A DNA stretch of 64,000 nucleotides from assembly GCA_963663765.2 (NCBI GenBank), contig CAXXUA010000004.1, positions 608,001-672,000 on the forward strand, in the 5' to 3' direction. This DNA comes from Candidatus Poribacteria bacterium (lineage in GTDB: Bacteria > Poribacteria > WGA-4E > WGA-3G). Positions 8,852 to 17,645 of the stretch are shown piece after piece (position 1 is the stretch's first letter; each line of letters opens with the position of its first letter). The notes beneath the pieces were generated by a model. The model was not told where the DNA came from. It made no database searches and saw nothing but the letters and a program-made list of their open reading frames with translations. The position numbers and the translations under genes were made by a program.

Positions 8852-11305
8852 ATGGCAATAAAGAAATCACAACTCTATGCATCATTATGGGAAAGCTGCA
8901 ACAAACTCCGCGGTGGAATGGATGCATCGCAATACAAAGACTATATTCTCACGCTCCTGTTCATGAAATATGTCTCCGACAAGGCAGAGAGAAATCCTCG
9001 CGAGGTAATAATAGTACCAGAAGGCGGTAGTTTCTCCGATATTGTGGAATTGAAAGGTGACAAGGAGATCGGTGATAAGATTAACAAAATTATTGATAGA
9101 TTCGCTGAGGCAAACGAACAGATAAGCGACTTTAATCAGGCTGATTTCAATGACGATAGTAAACTCGGTAAAGGCAAAGAGATGGTGGATCGCCTTACCG
9201 GTCTCGTGGAAATCTTCAACAATCTCGACCTCAGTACCAATCGCGCTGCAGGAGATGACCTACTCGGTGATGCTTACGAATATCTTATGAGACATTTCGC
9301 CACAGAGTCGGGCAAAAGCAAAGGGCAGTTCTATACACCTGCCGAAGTTTCGCGAATCATGGCGAAGGTTATCGGCATCGGTCCAGATACACAAAGGATA
9401 CATACAATATACGATCCCACATGCGGTTCAGGTTCTCTATTGCTTAAGGCAGCAGATGAAACGCAACGCGGAATTAGTATCTATGGACAGGAAAAGGACA
9501 ATGCAACCTACGGACTCGCCCGCATGAATATGATACTTCACGGCAATGCAACAGCTGAGATAAGTCACGGGAACACACTATCCGCACCTAACTTCACAGA
9601 CTCACCCACAAGCCTCAAACGTTTCGACTTTGCCGTTGCAAATCCACCTTTTTCTGACAAAGAATGGATAACCGGTTTAAAACCCAATGAGGACCAATAT
9701 GATCGTTTTGAATACGGTATCCCACCAGGGAAAAATGGTGATTATGCGTTCCTTTTGCACTTCCTCAAATCACTCAAAAGCACAGGCAAAGGTGCAATTA
9801 TCCTACCTCACGGCGTGCTGTTCCGCGGCAACAAAGAGGCAGATATCCGCAGAAACCTCATTAAACATAAGTTTATCAAAGGCATTATAGGCTTACCTGC
9901 CAATCTGTTTTACGGCACTGGCATCCCTGCCTGTATCATCGTTATTGACAAAGAGAACGCCAAACACCGCACCGGCATCTTTATGATAGACGCAAGTAAG
10001 GGTTTCCTCAAAGATGGCAACAAAAACCGCCTTCGCGCACAGGACATCCACAAAATCGTGTCCGTGTTCAATGCACAAACCGAAATAGACCGATATTCCC
10101 GCATGGTGCCAACCTCCGAAATTGCCAACTCAGCAAACAACTACAACCTCAATATACCGCGCTATATTGACAATAGCGACCCCGAAGACCTCCACGACCT
10201 CGACGCACACCTCAACGGTGGTATCCCCGACGCCGATATTGACGCACTCAACGACTATTGGCAGGTATTCCCAACGTTACGCAACACACTGTTCACAGAA
10301 AACGGCAGACCCGGTTATAGCGACCCACTGGTAGACACGCAGCAGGTGAAAGCGACCATCCTCTCACATAACGAGTTCACCGATTACCAACAGCGCGTCA
10401 CGGCTATCTTTGACACATGGCGTGCGACACACGAATCCCTACTGGGTGGTATCAATGATAAAACCAAGCTGAGAGATATTATAGACGCGCTGTCGGAAGA
10501 CCTATTGACGCAATTCAATGACCTACTACTCCTTGACCCTTACGATGTCTACCAAAAACTGATGGACTATTGGGATGAGGTGATGCAGGACGATGTGTAT
10601 CTCATCACCACAGATGGATGGGAAAAGGCATCGCAACCGCGCGACATTATCCAAGAGAAAAACCTCAAGGAAACCCCCGACCTCACCATCAATAGAAAGA
10701 AGTACAAAATGGACCTCATACCACCCGCCCTGATAATTAACCGATACTTCCCCGAAGAACAAGCAGAAATTGACACACTCCAAACCGCACAAGAAACCGC
10801 CACCCAAGAATTAGACGAATACATTGAAGAACACACCACAGAAGACGGACTACTCACAGATGCCACTACAGAGGCAGGAAGTGACACCAAAACCAGTGTC
10901 AACGCACGACTCAAAGAACTCACACCCAACCTCATGACCCACAACGACGCACAAGACAACGACGACGAACACGATGCACTTAAACACTGCCAAACACTCA
11001 TCAACGCAAAAGCGAAAGCAGACAAGACAGTAAAAGACGCACAACTCGCACTGGATGAAAAAGTATTAGCACACTACGCCACACTCAACGAAACCGAAAT
11101 CAAGCAACTCGTCATAGACGATAAATGGTTCGCCACAATCCAAGCCGAAGTTACGGGTGAGGTGCAGCGGTTGACGCAGAACCTCACAGAGCGCGTGAAG
11201 GAATTGGAAGAACGATACACCCAACCATTACCAACGTTGGAAAGCGAAGTAAACGACTTTACCCAAAAAGTCAAAGACCACCTATCAAACATGGGAGTAT
11301 CTTAG
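8852..11305 (+). CDS. hsdM: Type I R-M methyltransferase subunit (long C-terminal form)
   Basis: LRGGMDASQYKDY, GQFYTP, YDPTCGSGSLL (motif I), ANPPF (motif IV), LNIPRYID; ATG at 8852 preferred. Confidence 0.96.
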   Translation: MAIKKSQLYASLWESCNKLRGGMDASQYKDYILTLLFMKYVSDKAERNPREVIIVPEGGSFSDIVELKGDKEIGDKINKIIDRFAEANEQISDFNQADFNDDSKLGKGKEMVDRLTGLVEIFNNLDLSTNRAAGDDLLGDAYEYLMRHFATESGKSKGQFYTPAEVSRIMAKVIGIGPDTQRIHTIYDPTCGSGSLLLKAADETQRGISIYGQEKDNATYGLARMNMILHGNATAEISHGNTLSAPNFTDSPTSLKRFDFAVANPPFSDKEWITGLKPNEDQYDRFEYGIPPGKNGDYAFLLHFLKSLKSTGKGAIILPHGVLFRGNKEADIRRNLIKHKFIKGIIGLPANLFYGTGIPACIIVIDKENAKHRTGIFMIDASKGFLKDGNKNRLRAQDIHKIVSVFNAQTEIDRYSRMVPTSEIANSANNYNLNIPRYIDNSDPEDLHDLDAHLNGGIPDADIDALNDYWQVFPTLRNTLFTENGRPGYSDPLVDTQQVKATILSHNEFTDYQQRVTAIFDTWRATHESLLGGINDKTKLRDIIDALSEDLLTQFNDLLLLDPYDVYQKLMDYWDEVMQDDVYLITTDGWEKASQPRDIIQEKNLKETPDLTINRKKYKMDLIPPALIINRYFPEEQAEIDTLQTAQETATQELDEYIEEHTTEDGLLTDATTEAGSDTKTSVNARLKELTPNLMTHNDAQDNDDEHDALKHCQTLINAKAKADKTVKDAQLALDEKVLAHYATLNETEIKQLVIDDKWFATIQAEVTGEVQRLTQNLTERVKELEERYTQPLPTLESEVNDFTQKVKDHLSNMGVS

Positions 11306-11307
11306 TA

Positions 11308-12507
11308 ATGAATACAAACGAACGTTTCAGCGGAAAATGGCAAACAAAGCAATTGAAAGAATTTGGCTCGTTTGGCAAAGGTCGTGGGATAAAGCGCGAT
11401 GATGTCTCTGACGATGGATTACCATGTATTCGTTACGGAGAACTGTATACACGATACCAAGACTACATTTTGAAGGTAGCCTCTCGAATACCACAAAGTG
11501 TTGCTGAAACAGCACTACCGATCAAAACAGGAGATCTCTTATTTGCAGGATCAGGTGAAACAGCAGAGGAAATTGGGCGATGCGCGGCATATCTTGGTGA
11601 AGAACAAGCATACGCAGGTGGAGATGTCATCGTATTTACACCATCAGGACAAGATTCTATTTATCTCGGTCATTTGATGAATTCTCCAATAGTCTCAACG
11701 CAGAAGGCTCGTATGGGGCAAGGTGACGCAGTTGTTCATATCTATATCAACAATTTGGCTCAAGTGCTGATAGATCTTCCACCATTCCAAGAACAACGCG
11801 CCATCGGCGAAGTCCTGTCAGATGTAGATGGACTCATCAACGCATTGGATGCACTCATCGCCAAAAAGCGCGCCATCAAGCAAGCCACCATGCAGCAACT
11901 CCTCACCGGCAAGACGCGCCTGCCGGGATTTAGCGGTGATTGGGAGGCAAAGCGGTTAGGGGAGATTGCTAATTGCTTGGACAACGTCCGTGTTCCTTTG
12001 AATGAGGCACAACGTGCCAGCATGCAAGGTCCTTATCCATATTGTGGTGCAAACGGTGTACTTGATTATGTGAATGACTATGTTCTAGACGATGACGTGG
12101 TTCTAATAGCCGAAGATGGCGGATATTTTGATGAATTTCTTACTCGTCCAATTGCATATCGTATGAGCGGAAAAATTTGGGTCAACAACCACGCCCATAT
12201 CCTTAAGGCAAAATCTGATTACGATCAAGGCTTTTTGTATTATTCGTTGGTGCACAAAAATATACTCCCCTATTTGTCAGGTGGAACGAGAGCGAAACTC
12301 AACAAGTTTGAAATGTATAAGATTGAGATTAACGTCCCTAACGATATTAACGAACAGCGCGCCATTGCCACCGTCCTCTCCGATATGGATGCCGAGATCA
12401 CAGCACTGGAACACCGTAGAGATAAAACCATCGCTATCAAACAGGGCATGATGCAGCAACTGCTCACAGGCAAGGTACGCTTGTTGAAATCTTGGAGGAA
12501 CTCTTAA
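11308..12507 (+). CDS. hsdS: Type I R-M specificity subunit
   Basis: Two TRDs, each followed by conserved EQRAI..VLSD.D...KQ..MQQLLTGK.RL repeats. Confidence 0.95.
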   Translation: MNTNERFSGKWQTKQLKEFGSFGKGRGIKRDDVSDDGLPCIRYGELYTRYQDYILKVASRIPQSVAETALPIKTGDLLFAGSGETAEEIGRCAAYLGEEQAYAGGDVIVFTPSGQDSIYLGHLMNSPIVSTQKARMGQGDAVVHIYINNLAQVLIDLPPFQEQRAIGEVLSDVDGLINALDALIAKKRAIKQATMQQLLTGKTRLPGFSGDWEAKRLGEIANCLDNVRVPLNEAQRASMQGPYPYCGANGVLDYVNDYVLDDDVVLIAEDGGYFDEFLTRPIAYRMSGKIWVNNHAHILKAKSDYDQGFLYYSLVHKNILPYLSGGTRAKLNKFEMYKIEINVPNDINEQRAIATVLSDMDAEITALEHRRDKTIAIKQGMMQQLLTGKVRLLKSWRNS

Positions 12508-13082
12508 TGACGGTAAAAGAGACAAAACTGAGCAAAGAAGATTATATACCACCGAGCATAAGAATTCCTAATTTGGATTTTGATTCTTGCTTGAAACATG
12601 TAGATTACAATATTGAAAAATTGTCAGAAATGTTGACTAATGAAGGAATAGTACACCCTTTTAATGTGTTAAATTACATTGTGTCTATAATTACAAACGT
12701 CTGTAAATTAGTAGAGAAGCCAACACAGGGACATGCAGATGACACCTTTTGTTTACAGACACGTCTTAAATCCTGTCACCAAGAGGACATAGAAAAGTTG
12801 AAACGTGAATTGGGAAACATCAGAGGGAATGATATTTTTGGGAAACTCAAAAATGCTCGAAATAAGACCGTTGCCCACATAAATCTTTCACACCAAGGTT
12901 ATGGGGCTACTCAGAAAGCGTTAGTAAAGGCTGCAACATATTTAATTGAACGTGAGGATCGGTTAAAAAATTTGGTATCTAACATAAAATCTCTGATACA
13001 TGACGTTGAGATGTCAGTTCGGAAGAAGGAAGGCAAACCGCTAAATGTTGATACATTCACTATACAATTCTACAGAACATAA
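12507..13082 (+). CDS. Putative HEPN-domain protein (AbiU2-like)
   Basis: Predicted helical protein with LKNARNKTVAH (R-x5-H) motif; TAATG overlap with the hsdS stop; GGAGGA RBS. Confidence 0.6.
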   Translation: MTVKETKLSKEDYIPPSIRIPNLDFDSCLKHVDYNIEKLSEMLTNEGIVHPFNVLNYIVSIITNVCKLVEKPTQGHADDTFCLQTRLKSCHQEDIEKLKRELGNIRGNDIFGKLKNARNKTVAHINLSHQGYGATQKALVKAATYLIEREDRLKNLVSNIKSLIHDVEMSVRKKEGKPLNVDTFTIQFYRT

Positions 13083-13557
13083 GACTTATCGCATTCTGTA
13101 GGAGGGAACTCCGATTCCCGACTATACTACCGCGTATCGGAAATCGCTCCTACAAATATCAGATTGGTCGCGATTCGGAGATCGCTCCTACAAAACATAA
13201 GACTTATCGCATTCTGTAGGAGGGAACTCCGATTCCCGACTATACTACCGCGTATCGGAAATCGCTCCTACAAATATCAGATTGGTCGCGATTCGGAGAT
13301 CGCTCCTACAAAACATAAGACTTATCGCATTCTGTAGGAGGGAACTCCGATTCCCGACTATACTACCGCGTATCGGAAATCGGTCCTACAAATATCAGAT
13401 TGGTCGCGATTCGGAGATCGCTCCTACAAAACATAAGACTTATCGCATTCTGTAGGAGGGAACTCCGATTCCCGACTATACTACCGCGTATCGGAAATCG
13501 GTCCAACAAATATCAGATTGGTCGCGATTCGGAGATCGCTCCTACAGAACATAAGAC
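13070..13557. repeat. Four tandem 118-bp BIME/REPIN-like units upstream of RAYT
   Basis: AAGAC recurs at 13081, 13199, 13317, 13435, 13553; each unit has GTAGGAGGGAACTCCGATTCCCGA plus two inverted ...ATCGCTCCTAC-type copies. Confidence 0.93.
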
Positions 13558-13597
13558 AAATATATCGCGATTCGGAAATCGCTCCTACAAAGAAATC

Positions 13598-14077
13598 ATG
13601 AATAAAATACCTAATAAAGGTCATCAACAATTGCGAAAAGGCAGGAAATCTATTCCCGGTACATATTATTCTATTACACTTGCTACATACAATAGGTCAC
13701 CTCTCCTAACAACCCCTGGCATTCCGAACATCATCTATGATTCTTTTTATTGGCTTGAAACTGACAAACAACTAAAATGGATATGTATCATGGTAATGCC
13801 AGACCATATTCATGCCGTTTTTCAACTTGGGAATAAGAAAACGTTGTCGGCACTTATTCAATCTTTTAGGCGATTCACAGCAAACCAAATTAACGCACAT
13901 CTCAAGCAAACTGGGACCATTTGGCAAGACAACTTCTATGACCATGGCATACGCTATGATGAATCTTTGCACAAGATTGTTCGTTATTGTTACGAAAACC
14001 CTGTCAGGAAAAACCTTGTGGAACGTGCAGAGGATTATCCGCATTGGAGATGTAAATTTCAGATGTCCGACTGGTAG
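13598..14077 (+). CDS. rayT: REP-associated tyrosine transposase (RAYT, Y1 HUH)
   Basis: LRKGR.S.PG..Y.IT..T start, HUH motif MPDHIH, WQDNFYDHGIR, catalytic Y in YCYENPVR; flanked by GTAG REPs; stop codon lies within a REP GTAG. Confidence 0.93.
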   Translation: MNKIPNKGHQQLRKGRKSIPGTYYSITLATYNRSPLLTTPGIPNIIYDSFYWLETDKQLKWICIMVMPDHIHAVFQLGNKKTLSALIQSFRRFTANQINAHLKQTGTIWQDNFYDHGIRYDESLHKIVRYCYENPVRKNLVERAEDYPHWRCKFQMSDW

Positions 14078-15930
14078 GAGGGGTCTCCGAATTCCGATAT
14101 ATTGTGAAGGTCGGGAATCGGAGTTCCCTCCTACAGAATGTGGCATATCGGGAATCGCTCCTACAGAATAATGTGGCATATAGGGAATCGGTGATCCCTC
14201 CTACAGAATGTGGCATATCGGGAATCGGAGTTACCTCCTACAGAATAAGGCATATCGGGAATCGGAGTTACCTCCTACAGAATAATGTGGCATATAGGGA
14301 ATCGGAGTTCCCTCCTACAGAATAAGGCATATCGGGAATCGCTCCTACAGAATGTGGCATATCGGGAATCGGAGTTCCCTCCTACAGAATAATGTGGCAT
14401 ATCGGGAATCGGAGTAGGAGGGGCTCCGAATTCCGATATATTGTGAAGGTCGGGAATCGGAGTTACCTCCTACAGAATAAGGCATATCGGGAATCGGAGT
14501 TACCTCCTACAGAATAAGGCATATCGGGAATCGGAGTTACCTCCTACAGAATAAGGCATATCGGGAATCGGAGTTACCTCCTACAGAATAAGGCATATCG
14601 GGAATCGGAGTTACCTCCTACAGAATAATGTGGTATATCGGGAATCGGAGTTCCCTCCTACAGAATGTGGCATATCGGGAATCGCTCCTACAGAATGTGG
14701 CATATCGGGAATCGGAGTTACCTCCTACAGAATGTGGCATATCGGGAATCGGAGTTCCCTCCTACAGAATGTGGCATATCGGGAATCGCTCCTACAGAAT
14801 GTGGCATATCGGGAATCGCTCCTACAGAATGTGGCATATCGGGAATCGGTGATCCCTCCTACAGAATGTGGCATATCGGGAATCGGAGTTCCCTCCTACA
14901 GAATAATGTGGTATATCGGGAATCGGTGATCCCTCCTACAGAATAATGTGGTATATCGGGAATCGGTGATCCCTCCTACAGAATGTGGCATATCGGGAAT
15001 CGGAGTTCCCTCCTACAGAATAATGTGGTATATCGGGAATCGGTGATCCCTCCTACAGAATAAGGCATATCGGGAATCGGAGTTCCCTCCTACAGAATAA
15101 GGCATATCGGGAATCGCTCCTACAGAATGTGGCATATCGGGAATCGGAGTTCCCTCCTACAGAATAATGTGGTATATCGGGAATCGGAGTTCCCTCCTAC
15201 AGAATAATGTGGTATATCGGGAATCGGAGTTCCCTCCTACAGAATGTGGCATATCGGGAATCGGAGTTCCCTCCTACAGAATGTGGCATATCGGGAATCG
15301 GAGTTCCCTCCTACAGAATAATGTGGTATATCGGGAATCGGAGTTCCCTCCTACAGAATAATGTGGTATATCGGGAATCGGAGTTCCCTCCTACAGAATA
15401 ATGTGGTATATCGGGAATCGGAGTTCCCTCCTACAGAATAATGTGGTATATCGGGAATCGGAGTTCCCTCCTACAGAATGTGGCATATCGGGAATCGGAG
15501 TTCCCTCCTACAGAATGTGGCATATCGGGAATCGGAGTTCCCTCCTACAGAATGTGGCATATCGGGAATCGGAGTTCCCTCCTACAGAATGTGGCATATC
15601 GGGAATCGGTGATCCCTCCTACAGAATGTGGCATATCGGGAATCGGAGTTCCCTCCTACAGAATAATGTGGTATATCGGGAATCGGAGTTCCCTCCTACA
15701 GAATAATGTGGTATATCGGGAATCGGAGTTCCCTCCTACAGAATAATGTGGTATATCGGGAATCGGAGTTCCCTCCTACAGAATGTGGCATATCGGGAAT
15801 CGGAGTTCCCTCCTACAGAATAATGTGGTATATCGGGAATCGGAGTTCCCTCCTACAGAATGTGGCATATCGGGAATCGGTGATCCCTCCTACAGAATGT
15901 GGCATATCGGGAATCGGAGTTCCCTCTTAC
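14074..15930. repeat. Head-to-tail REP array, 48 units of 30/37/40 bp
   Basis: Core TCGGGAATCGGAGTTCCCTCCTAC + linker AGAAT(AAT)GTGGCATA; 48 CTAC/TTAC ends counted by hand; inverted GTAG partners at 14074 and 14414. Confidence 0.95.
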
Positions 15931-15961
15931 AACGATCTACTATAATCAAACCTATATAATT

Positions 15962-17455
15962 ATGAATACCATCCGAATTTTCATCAGCAGCGTCCAAAGA
16001 GAATTTGCACAGGAACGGATAGCACTGCGCGACTTTCTGCGGGACGACCCGTTGATGTGTCGGTTCTTTGATGTATTCCTGTTTGAAGATGTACCTGCGT
16101 CAGATCGACGACCAGATGCACTCTATCTGGATGAAGTTGAGCAGTCTGACCTTTATGTAGGATTGTTCGGCAACGACTACGGCTTTGAAGATGCTAATGG
16201 TGTATCCCCAACAGAACGCGAGTTTGATCGAGCAACTGTTACCGGCATACACTGGCTGATTTTCATGAAAGGGACAGATGACAACGCGCGGCATCCGAAG
16301 ATGCAAGCACTTATCCGAAAAGCACAAGCCGGACTCATCCGAAAACGATTTACCACCTCGGAAGAATTAGTAACAGCACTCTACGCAGCATTGGTGGAAT
16401 ACCTTGATAGCAAAAACCTCATCCGTTCTGAACCTTTTGACGCGGCACCTTGCTTAAATGCATCGTTGGATGATCTCGACACCGAGAAAATGACTCGCTT
16501 TATCCGAATTGCACGCGGTGCAAGAGCATTCCCGCTAACTGAAGATGTTTCAATGGAAGAATTGTTAGGACACCTCAACCTACTAAATGATGGACGACCA
16601 ACGAACGCTGCGGTGCTTCTGTTTGGCAAATCACCACAGCAGTTACTAATGTCCTCAGGGGTTAAGTGTGTCCATTACCATGGAACTCAGGTAGCCAAAC
16701 CGATCCCGTCACACCAAATCTATAACGGAACAGCGTTTCAACTCGTGGATCAAGCGGTGGATTTTGTACTTAGCAAGATCAATCTATGGGTAGGTACACG
16801 CGCGGAAAGCACCCAAGCACCCGTCGCCTATGAAATACCGAAGGAAGTTGTAACGGAAGCAATCGTCAATGCCGTAGCACATCGGGACTATACCAGTAAT
16901 GCCAGCGTCCAGGTGATGCTGTTTTCAGATCGGCTTGAGGTCTGGAATCCCGGAGGATTACCACCACCTCTGACTCTGGAACAACTGCGAGATACGCACC
17001 CATCAATTCCGAATAACCGATTACTTGCACGTTCACTGTACCTCACCCGATACATTGAAGAGATGGGAACAGGGACATTAGACATGATTCACCGTTGCAG
17101 TGATGCCGGCTTACCCGAACCGGAATTCAACGACAGCAGCGGATTCAAAACGACAATATGGCGTGCCGCACCTTCAGGACTGCCAGAGTCACTGCCAGAG
17201 TCACTGCCAGAGTCACAACCTGAAGATATGCAATCCAAAGTGATAAAACTACTTGCTACCGGACCAATGCAAAAATCTGAATTGTCCAAAAATTTAGGAC
17301 AGAAAGCAATCTCTGCACAACTCAACGCTGTTGTGCGAAAGCTTGTGGCAGATCAGTTAATAGAATACACGATACCCGACAAACCGAATAGCCGATTACA
17401 AAAGTACCGGTTGACAGAAAAGGGTAGAACGCAACTATTAAATCTCAAATCATGA
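15962..17455 (+). CDS. DUF4062 + RecG-C-like (HATPase_c_4) + C-terminal wHTH protein
   Basis: IFISSVQREFAQER, SPTEREF; EAIVNAVAHRDY, DRLEVWNPGGLP, EEMGTG; IEYTIPDKPNSRLQKYRLT; PES(L/Q) micro-repeat. Confidence 0.8.
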   Translation: MNTIRIFISSVQREFAQERIALRDFLRDDPLMCRFFDVFLFEDVPASDRRPDALYLDEVEQSDLYVGLFGNDYGFEDANGVSPTEREFDRATVTGIHWLIFMKGTDDNARHPKMQALIRKAQAGLIRKRFTTSEELVTALYAALVEYLDSKNLIRSEPFDAAPCLNASLDDLDTEKMTRFIRIARGARAFPLTEDVSMEELLGHLNLLNDGRPTNAAVLLFGKSPQQLLMSSGVKCVHYHGTQVAKPIPSHQIYNGTAFQLVDQAVDFVLSKINLWVGTRAESTQAPVAYEIPKEVVTEAIVNAVAHRDYTSNASVQVMLFSDRLEVWNPGGLPPPLTLEQLRDTHPSIPNNRLLARSLYLTRYIEEMGTGTLDMIHRCSDAGLPEPEFNDSSGFKTTIWRAAPSGLPESLPESLPESQPEDMQSKVIKLLATGPMQKSELSKNLGQKAISAQLNAVVRKLVADQLIEYTIPDKPNSRLQKYRLTEKGRTQLLNLKS

Positions 17456-17492
17456 AATGCAGTATATGTGCAGTATAAGATGCAGTATAAGT

Positions 17493-17615
17493 TGTAGGAG
17501 GAAACTCCGAGTCCTAACTATAATGTAATGGTCGCGATTCGGAGATCGCTCCTACCTTCAGATTGGGAATAACAAAGTTCACGTGTATTTTGTAGCACAA
17601 TCTGTTAGATTGTGT
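17493..17615. repeat. REPIN plus a solitary GTAGCACA-type REP upstream of hsdR
   Basis: GTAGGAGGAAACTCCGAG...TCGGAGATCGCTCCTAC inverted pair; GTAGCACAATCTGTTAGATTGTGT at 17592-17615. Confidence 0.75.
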
Positions 17616-17645
17616 TTTCAGTACAACCACAAGGGGAGAGAAAAC

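Noticed and set aside
13400-13597. N-terminal extension of RAYT (likewise 15899-15961 and 17583-17645 for downstream genes)
   Set aside because: Extensions run through REP sequence; family-like sequence starts at the later ATG
14074-15930. CRISPR array (also considered for 24991-25720, 36285-36526, 42758-43712, 45086-45423)
   Set aside because: Linkers are short and near-identical rather than unique spacers, there are no cas genes, and the repeats are GTAG-type REPs
14004-15945. Many short ORFs with RESEFPPTE / GNRSSLLQ repeats
   Set aside because: Translations of the REP array in all frames; no RBS or domain
17180-17216. Phase-variable repeat (CTGCCAGAGTCA x3)
   Set aside because: In-frame 12-bp unit encoding a linker typical of this protein family; cannot switch frame
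12507-17615. Integron cassette array (single genes separated by palindromes)
   Set aside because: No IntI and no RYYYAAC...GTTRRRY attC ends; the palindromes are GTAG REPs
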